Shown piece by piece: positions 21,766-31,201 of a stretch of DNA of 32,000 nucleotides. Source of the DNA: Vibrio vulnificus CMCP6 (GTDB lineage Bacteria; Pseudomonadota; Gammaproteobacteria; Enterobacterales; Vibrionaceae); assembly GCF_000039765.1 (NCBI RefSeq), contig NC_004459.3, positions 1,020,001 to 1,052,000 on the forward strand, in the 5' to 3' direction. The position numbers and the translations under genes are program-made. The notes under the pieces are model-generated. The model did not search any database. It saw nothing but the letters and a program-made list of their open reading frames with translations, and had not been told where the DNA came from. Each line of letters begins with the position of its first letter. Within the stretch, counting starts at the first letter, position 1.

Positions 21766-23187
21766 TTACAGTTTCTTGATGAAACGGCTTTCTACTTCAA
21801 TGGTGAAGTCGTTGCTCTTGTCGTCCAGTATAAACTGAATCGTGCTAATTGGAGAGGAGAGCTTCTCGGGATCCACGCCAAGACTGAGTGGTAAGTTGAG
21901 AACTTCGCCTGGGTTGACCTGAATGGTTTGCTTACCATACCAAGTTACCTCACTGAGCCCCTTCACATCCAAGTGATATTCTTGCACTTGTTGAGTTTTG
22001 TTGATGATTTTGAGGGTGTAGGTGTTTTCCACTTCACCGGCACTGTTGACGCGGAACAGCTGGTTGCGATCGCGAATCACGCTGAGGCCCGCAGGGTCAA
22101 CGGCAGCAATTTGTGCGAAGAACAAACCCAACATCACCAGCAATACCAAGCCATAACCGATCAACTTAGGTCGCATGACTTTGGTGTGTTTCCCAGACAG
22201 ACGATGCTCGGTGGTGTAGTTGATCAGCCCTTTTTCATAGCCCATTTTATCCATGGTGGTATTACAGGCATCGATACACGCACCACAGTTAATACACTCG
22301 TATTGCAGGCCATCACGAATATCAATCCCCGTTGGGCACACTTGCACACACAGATCGCAGTCAATACAGTCACCTAACCCGAGCTGCTTCGGATCGGCTT
22401 TGCGTGAACGTGGGCCACGCTGTTCGCCGCGCTGACTGTCATAACCGACGATAAAGGTGTCTTTATCAAACATCGCTGATTGGAAGCGCGCGTATGGGCA
22501 CATGTGCAAACAAACGATAGAGCGCATCCAACCTGCGTTGGCGTAAGTACAGATGGCAAAGAACATCACCCAGAAAACAGGCCAGAAGCTGGCGTTAAAG
22601 GTAAAGAAATCCACCACCAGTTCACGCACCGGGACAAAATAACCGACGAAGGTGAAGCCTGTCGCGAGCGCGATGGCAAACCACGCGACATGCTTTGCGC
22701 TTTTTCGCATGGCGAGATTGGGCGTCAGTTTGCCGGAATCTTGCTTGCGGCGTTTGTTGGCGCTGCCCTCGAGTTTCTCTTCAAACCAGATGTACATAAA
22801 GGTCCAAACGGTTTGTGGGCATAAGTAGCCACACCACACTCGGCCCAAAAACGTAGTGATGAAAAACAGACCAAAGGCGGCAATCATAAACAGCAAGGCC
22901 AGCAAGGTCAGGTCTTGTGGGTAGAGGGTAGTGCCGAAGAAGTTGAACTGTTGGCTACCGATATCCAACAGAATCGCTTGGCGATCGCCGTAGGAAATCC
23001 ATGGAGTTAAGGTAAATAGCAGCAGCAAAAACCAGCCACCATATCGGCGCAGTTTTTGGAATGTGCCTTTACTCTCACGTACGTAAATGCGGTTATTTGG
23101 GTTAAACCGATCCCCCTTGCCTTTGTGGGTCTTGGGGTTAAAGGTTTTCGGAGTCACATCTTTGATATCGATTTTATCCTGACTCAT
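21766..23187 (-). CDS. ccoG: Cytochrome c oxidase accessory protein CcoG (RdxA/FixG family)
   Basis: GRVWCGYLCPQTVWT; CVQVCPTGIDIRDGLQYECINCGACIDAC ferredoxin motifs. ORF track starts at 23277, but the ATG at 23187 has an AAGGAT ribosome-binding site. Confidence 0.93.
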   Translation of the reverse strand: MSQDKIDIKDVTPKTFNPKTHKGKGDRFNPNNRIYVRESKGTFQKLRRYGGWFLLLLFTLTPWISYGDRQAILLDIGSQQFNFFGTTLYPQDLTLLALLFMIAAFGLFFITTFLGRVWCGYLCPQTVWTFMYIWFEEKLEGSANKRRKQDSGKLTPNLAMRKSAKHVAWFAIALATGFTFVGYFVPVRELVVDFFTFNASFWPVFWVMFFAICTYANAGWMRSIVCLHMCPYARFQSAMFDKDTFIVGYDSQRGEQRGPRSRKADPKQLGLGDCIDCDLCVQVCPTGIDIRDGLQYECINCGACIDACNTTMDKMGYEKGLINYTTEHRLSGKHTKVMRPKLIGYGLVLLVMLGLFFAQIAAVDPAGLSVIRDRNQLFRVNSAGEVENTYTLKIINKTQQVQEYHLDVKGLSEVTWYGKQTIQVNPGEVLNLPLSLGVDPEKLSSPISTIQFILDDKSNDFTIEVESRFIKKL

Positions 23188-23420
23188 GGATTGATCCTTC
23201 TTAGGCTTTAATGGCGCAATTTCTCTTGGTTTGCGCTCACTGACTTTGCTCACAAATGCCGATGTGTTTATACACAATCAGGCTTTGCTAATATTTTAGT
23301 AAAAACTGATGGACGACGATTATACAATCAATAACATTTGTATTTCTTTAAGGCTATCAACCTTTAACAACAAAAAGCAGGACAATTAACGCAATTTTTC
23401 GCTGAACAGTGGCAGAAAAT

Positions 23421-23443
23421 AAAAAAGCGACCAGAAGGTCGCT
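23421..23443 (-). terminator. Intrinsic terminator downstream of yihD
   Basis: Minus strand AGCGACC-TTCT-GGTCGCTTTTTT. Confidence 0.85.
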
Positions 23444-23462
23444 TAGTGAATGAGTTGTTAAC

Positions 23463-23729
23463 TTATTTAATGATACCGCGTGCGCGTAGAATCGCTGTTT
23501 TGAAATCATCTTCTTGGTCTTTTTTCAGGCCTGGAATCATTTCATCTTTCGCACTGTTACGCATTTTTAGGTGGTAGATCAGCACATCGTCAGTCAGCTC
23601 TTCTAGCTTGCCGTGATAACCCGCTTCGCCCGCTAGCTTGACGATAAACTGCAGTAAGTTCATCTCTTGGTCTTTTTGCCATTCTGGCTCAAGCAACTCA
23701 AGTAGCTCTTCAATACGGTGACACTTCAT
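23463..23729 (-). CDS. yihD: YihD family (DUF1040) protein
   Basis: [35 protein letters not shown]...[41 protein letters not shown]. The extra 55 codons in the track ORF (to 23894) run through a terminator and are not supported. Confidence 0.93.
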   Translation of the reverse strand: MKCHRIEELLELLEPEWQKDQEMNLLQFIVKLAGEAGYHGKLEELTDDVLIYHLKMRNSAKDEMIPGLKKDQEDDFKTAILRARGIIK

Positions 23730-23818
23730 TTCTTTCTCCACAAATTTTATAGGTCTTTGGCGTAAAGGTATCAAATTGCTTGGCGAAGCAAAATAACAAA
23801 CCGAGTGGAGAGAAAGAA

Positions 23819-23846
23819 AAAAGCGCAGCGGTGGCTGCGCTTTTTC
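23819..23846. terminator. Intrinsic terminator just downstream of the 55-aa small ORF
   Basis: AAAAGCGCAGC-GGTG-GCTGCGCTTTTTC; A-rich and T-rich flanks on the two sides. Confidence 0.8.
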
Positions 23847-23847
23847 A

Positions 23848-24015
23848 TTAAGCGGCTTGAACGACTTTAGCCGGAGTCTGCGGCATAAGTGCATTTTTCT
23901 CGACCAAGGTCATACCTGAAGCCGTTTTTTTGCTTGTCGGAGCTGCGGCAAAGCCGCTACGACGACGCATCGCACTGCGATTGGTGTGCGAGAACCTGAC
24001 TGTTGTTGGGCGCAT
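23848..24015 (-). CDS. Predicted 55-aa small protein ([55 protein letters not shown])
   Basis: Manual translation of minus strand; TTAGGTAAC upstream of ATG as weak ribosome-binding site; stop is 2 nt from a terminator stem flank. Not in the ORF track because of its length. Confidence 0.55.
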   Translation of the reverse strand: MRPTTVRFSHTNRSAMRRRSGFAAAPTSKKTASGMTLVEKNALMPQTPAKVVQAA

Positions 24016-24058
24016 TAAGTTACCTAACTGTCAGGCATATCCATTGCCAATGTAATGG

Positions 24059-24138
24059 CCTACATTTTTATGAGTTGAGCTTCAGTTGAGTGAAGGTTGG
24101 CTCTTTCTGGCTTTCGCCAATCCAAATAAAAGTGTAGG
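24059..24138 (+). other. Candidate structured intergenic element (possible three-way junction)
   Basis: CCTACATTTTTAT ... ATAAAAGTGTAGG outer arms (13 pairs, one G-U) enclosing CTTCA/TGAAG and GGTTGGC/GCCAATC stems. Confidence 0.35.
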
Positions 24139-24144
24139 AATAAT

Positions 24145-24160
24145 GATATGCATGCATATC
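24145..24160. repeat. Perfect 16-bp palindrome GATATGCATGCATATC
   Basis: Read directly from sequence in the divergent small-ORF / spo0M-like intergenic region. Confidence 0.6.
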
Positions 24161-24331
24161 GAACATAGAGTAGCACCGTTATGGTGATCGATCGATAGTT
24201 GAGCAGTGGCAGCGATAAAAAAATGTCTGCAAAACGTTACAGTATTGATAAATATCCGATGAGATGTGAGCTAGATAGTAGTACTCAATCAGACATTATC
24301 AGTACTATCAGAACAGCAGCAGGAGGTGCGT

Positions 24332-25126
24332 ATGTCATTTTTGAAGAAAACCCTCGCCAGTTTTGGTATTGGAAGCGCGAAAGTCGATTCCATCTTACAG
24401 CAAGAAGTGCTTTACCCTGGTCAAGCGGCCAATATTAAGGTGCATGTTTATGGCGGTTCGAGCGAGCAAGAGATCGACAATATTCATTTGAAGCTGTGTT
24501 GTCGTTACATTGCGGAAGTGAAAGAAGATCGCGGCAGCAGCTCTCAAGGGCAGCAAACTCGCCGTGTGCCACAAAGTCATGTGCTGGCCAGCTGGAGTCT
24601 GCCATACGCATTTGTCATCAAACCGAGTGAAGAGCGGGTGTTTGATGTTGCGTTAGACATTCCGTTCAACACCCCGATTACCATTGGTGATGCCAAAGTG
24701 TGGTTGGAAACCGGTTTGGATATCGCTTTGGCGATTGACCCAACAGACAAAGACATTCTCACCGTACGGCCTGATCCTATGATGGACGGCATTTTTACCG
24801 CTTTGGAAGAGCAAGGGCTGCGTATTCGCCAAGTGGAGTGTGAGGAAGTGAAAGGCTTTGAACTGCCCTTTGTGCAAGAGTTCGAGTTTGTCCCAACCAC
24901 TGGGCCATTTCATGGTCGTTGGCGTGAGCTGGAAGTGGTGGCTTATCGTTCCCCAAATGAGCTGAAGTTGTGGTTTGAAATTGATCGCCATCGTGAGGGG
25001 GGAAGAGGCATGCTGGCCAGCTTGTTGGGGTTAGGAAAACTACAGCGTGAGTTGGTGTTACCACTGAACTTATCGGCAAAACAGGTGGGAGAGACAGTGC
25101 TGGGTTATTTAGAAGAAACGACCTAG
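24332..25126 (+). CDS. Sporulation-control protein Spo0M (SpoOM) family
   Basis: MSFLKKTLASFGIGSAKVDSILQQEVLYPGQAANIKVHVYGGSSEQEIDNIHLKL...DIPFNTPITIGDAKVWLETGLDIALAIDPTDKD; AGGAGG ribosome-binding site before ATG 24332. Confidence 0.85.
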   Translation: MSFLKKTLASFGIGSAKVDSILQQEVLYPGQAANIKVHVYGGSSEQEIDNIHLKLCCRYIAEVKEDRGSSSQGQQTRRVPQSHVLASWSLPYAFVIKPSEERVFDVALDIPFNTPITIGDAKVWLETGLDIALAIDPTDKDILTVRPDPMMDGIFTALEEQGLRIRQVECEEVKGFELPFVQEFEFVPTTGPFHGRWRELEVVAYRSPNELKLWFEIDRHREGGRGMLASLLGLGKLQRELVLPLNLSAKQVGETVLGYLEETT

Positions 25127-25206
25127 CATTCACTAACATGATGATGGTAAAGCGAAAAATACGCCCTCATTTTAAGCTGACATCAAATAACCAAAATTTA
25201 ACCTTT

Positions 25207-25228
25207 TTAGCTTACACGTGTAAGCTAA
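25207..25228. promoter_or_regulatory. Perfect 22-bp palindrome TTAGCTTACACGTGTAAGCTAA, candidate FabR operator
   Basis: Read directly; core resembles the E. coli FabR site pattern AGCGTACACGTGT.. and lies about 50 bp upstream of a YqfA-family gene. Confidence 0.65.
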
Positions 25229-25278
25229 GTGTGACATACTAGAGCAACTATTCCATTAGAGGTTTCAGTGTATTTGCT

Positions 25279-25923
25279 ATGTCAGTCAGTCAATATAGTG
25301 TGCGCGAAGAAGTGGCGAATGCGGTCACACACGGGTTAGGCATGATTTTTGGTATTGTTGGTTTGGTGATGCTGTTGGTGAAAGCCACGGAGCACCATGC
25401 CGACGGGCTGACCATTGCCAGCATGGCGATTTACGGGTCGAGCATCATTGTGCTGTTTTTGGCCTCGACGCTTTACCATGCCATTCCTTACCCTAAGGCG
25501 AAACGTTGGCTCAAAACCTTTGACCACAGTGCGATTTATCTGCTCATTGCGGGAAGTTATACCCCGTTCCTGCTGGTGAGTTTGCGCACGCCTTTGGCGA
25601 TCGGCTTAATGATTGTGATTTGGTCGATAGCCTTGTTGGGCATCATTATGAAAGTGGCGTTTGTTTATCGCTTTAAGCGCTTCTCGTTGGTGAGTTATCT
25701 GTTGATGGGTTGGTTGTCACTGATTGTGATTTACCAATTGGCGATCTCATTAGAGATTGGAGGCTTGACGCTGCTCGCTGCAGGTGGATTGATTTATTCG
25801 CTCGGGGTTATTTTCTATGTGGCGAAGAAGATCCCCTACAATCATGCCATTTGGCACTGTTTTGTGTTGGCCGGTTGTGTGTGTCACTTCCTCGCGATCT
25901 ATCTTTATGTGAACCCGGTTTAA
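25279..25923 (+). CDS. trhA: Hemolysin III family / YqfA (TrhA) membrane protein
   Basis: [24 protein letters not shown]; [35 protein letters not shown]; [20 protein letters not shown]. Confidence 0.88.
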   Translation: MSVSQYSVREEVANAVTHGLGMIFGIVGLVMLLVKATEHHADGLTIASMAIYGSSIIVLFLASTLYHAIPYPKAKRWLKTFDHSAIYLLIAGSYTPFLLVSLRTPLAIGLMIVIWSIALLGIIMKVAFVYRFKRFSLVSYLLMGWLSLIVIYQLAISLEIGGLTLLAAGGLIYSLGVIFYVAKKIPYNHAIWHCFVLAGCVCHFLAIYLYVNPV

Positions 25924-25940
25924 ACCGGGTTCTTTGTTTT
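25912..25940 (+). terminator. Terminator-like palindrome overlapping the YqfA-family stop codon
   Basis: AACCCGGTTTAAACCGGGTT perfect 20-bp palindrome followed by CTTTGTTTT. Confidence 0.6.
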
Positions 25941-25965
25941 GGGGCGGTAGATAGAGCCCCAAAAC
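25936..25965. repeat. Second inverted repeat GTTTTGGGGC-10 nt-GCCCCAAAAC between the YqfA-family gene and trkH
   Basis: Perfect 10-bp arms read directly. Confidence 0.65.
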
Positions 25966-25970
25966 AAAAC

Positions 25971-27416
25971 TTAACGGCGCCAGAAAGCAGGAAAAAATAG
26001 CACCAATAAGGTGAGAATTTCTAAACGTCCCATCAACATGCCGAAACTGAGTAGCCACTTAGCGGCATCAGGCAGTGGGGCAAAGTTACCCGTTGGCCCA
26101 ATGATGCTGCCCATGCCTGGGCCGACGTTGGCCACTGCGGTAATTGAGCCAGAAATACTGGTGACGGGATCAAGCCCCATCGCGCTTAAGCCGCCCGCAA
26201 TGGCGATGATGGTAATGAAGAACATTAAACCAAACGCCACCACAGAGCGCACAATGTCATCATTCACTGGTCGTTGATTGTAGCGTTGGACAAAAATGCC
26301 TGATGGGTGAATCAGTTTCATGATCTGTTTATTCAGCAGTGTCATGGCGATCTGGAAGCGGAAGATCTTAATACCGCCAGAAGTGGAGCCTGAACACGCG
26401 CCAGCCATCATCAAAAACGCAAATAAGGTCGTAGGGAGTGCGCCCCAAGCGGTGAAATCTTCTAGGCCGAAGCCCGTCGTCGTCACCACAGAAACAATGT
26501 TAAACATCGCCACGCGCAGTGCATCGGCAATGGTATAACCGTCACGAATCACCAACCAAGCTGAAATAACCAAGCTGGTGCCTAAAAACAGGTAGGTAAA
26601 ACCGCGTACTTGAGCGTCTTTGATCAAAGCATCAAGGCGGCGCTTGCGCATCGCAGAAACAAACAACAAAAATGGCAAACCACCCAAGAACATAAATAAG
26701 GTGGCGACCCAGTGTGCGCCGTTAGAAAAATGGTTCATTGAACCATCAGAAGTGGAGTAGCCGCCCGTTGAAAGCGTGGTGAAGGAATGGTTGATGGCAT
26801 CAAACAGGTTCATGCCGGTCAGTAGATACCCAATCAAACAGAGCCCGGTGAGTACCAAGTACACCACCACAATGTTTTTCGCTACGGTTTTGGCTCTTGG
26901 GCTGCTTTTGTCTGACCAATCGGAAGATTCTGTTTGGAACAGCTTCATCCCACCGACGTTAAGCATCGGCAACACCGCAACGGCCATCACAATAAAGCCA
27001 ATTCCTCCAAGCCATTGTAAGATCGAACGCCACAGCAAAATACTCGGAGCCATGTTATCCAAACCGCTCAGCACGGTGGAACCGGTGGTGGTGATACCAG
27101 ACATGGTTTCGAAGTAGGCGTCAGTAAAGCTGATGTGGTTGATAAACATAAACGGTAGCGCGGCAAACGCGCTGGCGATGGTCCACACCAAACTGGTGAT
27201 GAGGAACATGTCGCGCACACTGAGTTTAAAGTGTGCGGTGCGGCCAATGCTCAGGCAGACAAACGCGGCAAAATGGGTGATCAACACCGCTTGGCCGAAA
27301 TCAAGAAAGCCGCCTGTGCCAGTAAAAAAGGCCACAAGGGTAGGGACGTACATGAAAAGGGCGAGCTTGGAAAGCACTAGCCCAATTACAGACAGTACGG
27401 GACGAAAGTTCACCAT
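25971..27416 (-). CDS. trkH: Potassium uptake protein TrkH
   Basis: Selectivity-filter regions ETMSGITTTGSTVL, FSTLSTGGYST, VVTTTGFGLED, VANVGPGMGSIIGP; adjacent trkA. Confidence 0.95.
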   Translation of the reverse strand: MVNFRPVLSVIGLVLSKLALFMYVPTLVAFFTGTGGFLDFGQAVLITHFAAFVCLSIGRTAHFKLSVRDMFLITSLVWTIASAFAALPFMFINHISFTDAYFETMSGITTTGSTVLSGLDNMAPSILLWRSILQWLGGIGFIVMAVAVLPMLNVGGMKLFQTESSDWSDKSSPRAKTVAKNIVVVYLVLTGLCLIGYLLTGMNLFDAINHSFTTLSTGGYSTSDGSMNHFSNGAHWVATLFMFLGGLPFLLFVSAMRKRRLDALIKDAQVRGFTYLFLGTSLVISAWLVIRDGYTIADALRVAMFNIVSVVTTTGFGLEDFTAWGALPTTLFAFLMMAGACSGSTSGGIKIFRFQIAMTLLNKQIMKLIHPSGIFVQRYNQRPVNDDIVRSVVAFGLMFFITIIAIAGGLSAMGLDPVTSISGSITAVANVGPGMGSIIGPTGNFAPLPDAAKWLLSFGMLMGRLEILTLLVLFFPAFWRR

Positions 27417-27425
27417 AGGAAAATC

Positions 27426-28802
27426 CTAGAGGAAGAATGGGCTCGGCTGGAACAAGGCTTCGACGTCTGGTACGTATTTCTTATCGACCAAGAACATCAC
27501 CACGTGATCATCTTGTTCAATCACGGTGCGGTCATGGGCAATGAGCACCTCTTCACCACGCACAATCGCACCAATGGTGGTACCCGGTGGCAGTTTGATG
27601 TCGCCAACGGCGCGGCCCACCACTTTCGAGTTGCTTTCATCACCGTGTGCAACCGCTTCAATTGCTTCAGCAGCGCCGCGGCGTAGAGACGATACGTTAA
27701 CGATGTCGGCACGACGAACGTGGGTCAATAGCGCTGAAATGGTCGCTTGTTGAGGTGAAATGGCCACATCAATCACGCCGCCTTGCACTAGATCGACGTA
27801 AGCACCACGCTGGATCAGCACCATCACTTTTTTGGCACCCATGCGTTTGGCCAACATCGCCGACATGATGTTGGTTTCGTCCTCGTTGGTGAGGGCGATA
27901 AAGACGTCGACCTGGTCGATGTTTTCTTCCGTCAGTAGCTCTTGATCGGCAGCATCACCACAAAACACGATGGTGTTTTCCAACTCTTCTGACAGCTTTT
28001 CTGCTCGCTGTAGGTTGCGCTCAATCAGCTTTACGCTATAGGTTTGTTCTAAACGCTTGGCTAAGCTGGCGCCGATGTTACCACCGCCGACGATCATGAT
28101 ACGGCGATAAGGTTTTTCCAGTCGCTGTAACTCGCTCATCACAGAGCGAATGTGGTTACTGGCGGCAACGAAAAAGACTTCATCATCGGCTTCAATGATG
28201 GTGGTGCCTTGAGGACGAATCGGACGGCCTTGGCGGAAAATCGCGGCAACACGGGTATCAATGTGAGGCATGTGTTCGCGTAAGGCAGAAAGTGCGTTAC
28301 CCACCAACGGGCCGCCATAGTAAGCTTTTACGGCAACGAGGCTGACTTTTTCTTCCGCAAAGCTCACCACTTGCAATGCACCAGGGTATTGAATCAAACG
28401 TTCAATGTAGCTGGTCACCAGCTCCTCGGGGGCAATCAAATGATCGACAGGAATCGCGCCGGATTTAAACAGTGCTTCTTTTTGCGCCAAATATTGTGGC
28501 GAACGGATGCGAGCAATGCGGTTTGGGGTGTTAAACAGAGTAAAGGCGACCTGACAGGCTGCCATGTTGGTTTCATCGGTATTGGTCACGGCCACCAGCA
28601 TATCGGCATCTTGTGCGCCTGCTTCATGCAATACGTCTGGGTGACTGGCATGGCCATTCACCACTCGCAAGTCATATTTATCCTGCAGCTCTCTGAGGCG
28701 ATCGCCATCCTTATCGACGATGGTGATGTCGTTGTTTTCGCCAACCAGGTTTTCTGCCAGTGTGCCACCCACCTGACCTGCACCAAGAATAATGATTTTC
28801 AT
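27426..28802 (-). CDS. trkA: Trk system potassium uptake regulatory subunit TrkA
   Basis: [32 protein letters not shown]; duplicated RCK domains ([17 protein letters not shown]). Confidence 0.96.
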   Translation of the reverse strand: MKIIILGAGQVGGTLAENLVGENNDITIVDKDGDRLRELQDKYDLRVVNGHASHPDVLHEAGAQDADMLVAVTNTDETNMAACQVAFTLFNTPNRIARIRSPQYLAQKEALFKSGAIPVDHLIAPEELVTSYIERLIQYPGALQVVSFAEEKVSLVAVKAYYGGPLVGNALSALREHMPHIDTRVAAIFRQGRPIRPQGTTIIEADDEVFFVAASNHIRSVMSELQRLEKPYRRIMIVGGGNIGASLAKRLEQTYSVKLIERNLQRAEKLSEELENTIVFCGDAADQELLTEENIDQVDVFIALTNEDETNIMSAMLAKRMGAKKVMVLIQRGAYVDLVQGGVIDVAISPQQATISALLTHVRRADIVNVSSLRRGAAEAIEAVAHGDESNSKVVGRAVGDIKLPPGTTIGAIVRGEEVLIAHDRTVIEQDDHVVMFLVDKKYVPDVEALFQPSPFFL

Positions 28803-28858
28803 ACTCTGTTCTCGTGATTCGAAAAAGGCGACTGAAGAGGCTTCAATCGCCCATTTAC

Positions 28859-30139
28859 TTATGCTTGCTTAACTAGCACGGCATAGTAGAAGCCATCCAT
28901 ATCTTCCTCTCCGGGAATAATTTGGCGACCAGGATTCTCGCGCTCAGAGCCAACCAGTTGTGCTGCTGAGGTTCTGGCGAGAAACGCCTTCACTTGCTCC
29001 ACATTTTCCATTGGCGTGATTGAGCAAGTGGCGTAAACCAAGGTGCCACCTGGCTTGAGTTGTGCCCACATGGCATCAAAAATTTCGCTTTGTAACTGTG
29101 CTAACGCAGTGATGTCTTCTGCTCTGCGCAGCCATTTGATGTCTGGGTGACGACGAATCACCCCGGTTGCAGAGCAAGGTGCATCGAGCAAAATACGGTC
29201 AAATTGCTCGCCTTGCCACCATTGTTCAGGATTGCGTGCATCACCGCAAATCACTTTTGCTTGAAGATTGAGGCGTTTCAGGTTTTCCGTCACTCTTTTC
29301 AAGCGTTGTTCATCGCAGTCCAGTGCCACGACTTCACGAGCAGAGACTCGTTCTAAAATGTGCGCGGTTTTACCACCAGGTGCCGCGCAGCAATCGAGGA
29401 TCAGTTCGCCATCTTTAGGTTGTAGATAGTTAAACGACAGCTGTGCGGCGGCATCTTGCACAGAAACCCAACCTTGCTCAAACCCTGGCAAGCTGTGTAC
29501 ATCACAAGGGGCGGCCAATTTTATGGCGTCCATCGCTTCACTGTGCAGAGTGCTATCAATGTTTGCATTTTTGAGCAGTTGCAGATATTCGTCGCGATCA
29601 TGATGAGCGTGATTCACGCGTAGCCACATCGGCGCTTTGTTATTGTTGGCTTCAACAATCGTCTGCCATTGCTCAGGGTAAGCATCTTGCAGGATTTTCA
29701 GTAGCCAACTTGGGTGAACGTATTTGCCGGCATTGTGGCTGACAGAAAACTCATCCAATGCTTGTTGTTCACGCTGATAGTTGCGCAAAACCGCATTGAT
29801 CAAGCCGCGTAAGCGAGGACCTTTCAGCGCTTGTGCGCCTTCCACCGTTTCACCAACCGCCGCGTGTGCCGGAATACGCATGTGACCTAACTGGTATAAG
29901 CCAACCAAAATGAGGTGATGAAAAACACGTTGTTTACCTTTGAGAGGTTTATCCATCAACTTACCGGCAATGCTCTCTAAACGAGGCAGGTAGCGTAATG
30001 CGCCGTAGCAGATCTCTTGCAGTAAGGCGTGGTCGCGAGGGCGAATGGATTGTTGAGCTTCAGGAAGGGCGGTCGATAGAGAGTTGCCTCGGTCGACAAC
30101 TTGATACAAGACGTTGGCAGCCGCAGCGCGAACATTCAT
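28859..30139 (-). CDS. rsmB: 16S rRNA (cytosine-967-C5)-methyltransferase
   Basis: [46 protein letters not shown] motifs. Confidence 0.95.
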
Positions 30140-30222
30140 GATGAGTACCTTAAAGTTAAAGAGGGCGTCTCTGCCCTCGTAAAGTTCTTAAACTGGGCAA
30201 AAATGCCCGATTGCTTGGCAGG

Positions 30223-31170
30223 TTAACTCAGTACACTGCCAACTTCAAACCAAGCGGCGCGAGCGTTGAGAACATCTTGTACTGGCATCGCTTTTTTGCC
30301 TGGAATTTGGATCTGCTCCAATACTAGGCAGCCATGGCCAGTGGCGACATAAATGCCGCTTTTATCCGCTTTGAGGATGGTCCCCGCGGGTGCGTCATGA
30401 CTGCTGGCTTCGACGCGGCTTTGCCACACTTTAATGCTGTTTTCTGCCACTTCGAAATGGCTCATTGGCCATGGATTGAAAGCACGAACACAACGTTCGA
30501 TGTGCTCTGCATCGTCTTGCCAATTGATGCGTGCTTCTTCCTTGCTGAGTTTCTTGGCGTAGTTTGCTCGCTCGTCATCTTGCTTAATTGCGATGGCTGT
30601 GCCAGCGGCGATATCTGCCAAACACTCAACCAGTACCACAGGGCCAAGCTTGGCCAATTTATCGTACATGGTGGCGCTGGTATCGCTTGCGTCGATCGGC
30701 AGCGTGGCAATTTTCAGCATGTCGCCGGTATCTAAGCCGATGTCCATTTGCATGATGGTCACGCCCGTTTCAGCATCACCCGCCCAAATAGAGCGCTGAA
30801 TCGGTGCTGCGCCACGCCAGCGAGGCAGAATCGAGCCGTGGACATTGATACAACCCAATTTCGGTGTATCTAACACCGCTTGTGGTAATAACAAGCCATA
30901 AGCGACCACGACCATGATGTCAGCATTGAGATCCGCGAGGGCTTGCTTGGCTTCGTCAGACTTAAAGTTTTCTGGTTGGTAAACCGGAATGTTGTGTTCC
31001 AAAGCAATGGTTTTGACAGGGCTTGCTGTGAGTTTTTTCCCGCGACCGGCTGGGCGATCAGGTTGGGTGTAAACTGCAATGACTTCATGCTCCGAAGACA
31101 ACAACGCCGCCAAATGTTGGGCGGCGAAGTCCGGAGTACCTGCAAATACAATACGTAAAGGCTTGCTCAA
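30223..31170 (-). CDS. fmt: Methionyl-tRNA formyltransferase (TTG start)
   Basis: [20 protein letters not shown]; [49 protein letters not shown] ribosome-binding site before TTG. Confidence 0.96.
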   Translation of the reverse strand: MSKPLRIVFAGTPDFAAQHLAALLSSEHEVIAVYTQPDRPAGRGKKLTASPVKTIALEHNIPVYQPENFKSDEAKQALADLNADIMVVVAYGLLLPQAVLDTPKLGCINVHGSILPRWRGAAPIQRSIWAGDAETGVTIMQMDIGLDTGDMLKIATLPIDASDTSATMYDKLAKLGPVVLVECLADIAAGTAIAIKQDDERANYAKKLSKEEARINWQDDAEHIERCVRAFNPWPMSHFEVAENSIKVWQSRVEASSHDAPAGTILKADKSGIYVATGHGCLVLEQIQIPGKKAMPVQDVLNARAAWFEVGSVLS

Positions 31171-31201
31171 GGTACCTTCCTTCTTATGGTATCAGCGCAA
31201 T

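Noticed and set aside
23188-23277. 30-codon N-terminal extension of ccoG in the ORF track
   Set aside because: ATG at 23187 has a clear ribosome-binding site; the upstream codons have no supporting start signal.
23730-23894. N-terminal extension of the yihD ORF
   Set aside because: The extension passes through an intrinsic terminator and the translation is not YihD-like. The canonical [13 protein letters not shown] start is at 23729.
24186-24200. Short GATCGATCGAT repeat considered as an operator
   Set aside because: Only about 10 bp and low complexity; expected by chance at this length.
24199-24438. 79-aa plus-strand ORF overlapping the start of the Spo0M-family gene
   Set aside because: Out of frame with the well-supported Spo0M-family ORF, with no ribosome-binding site or family resemblance.
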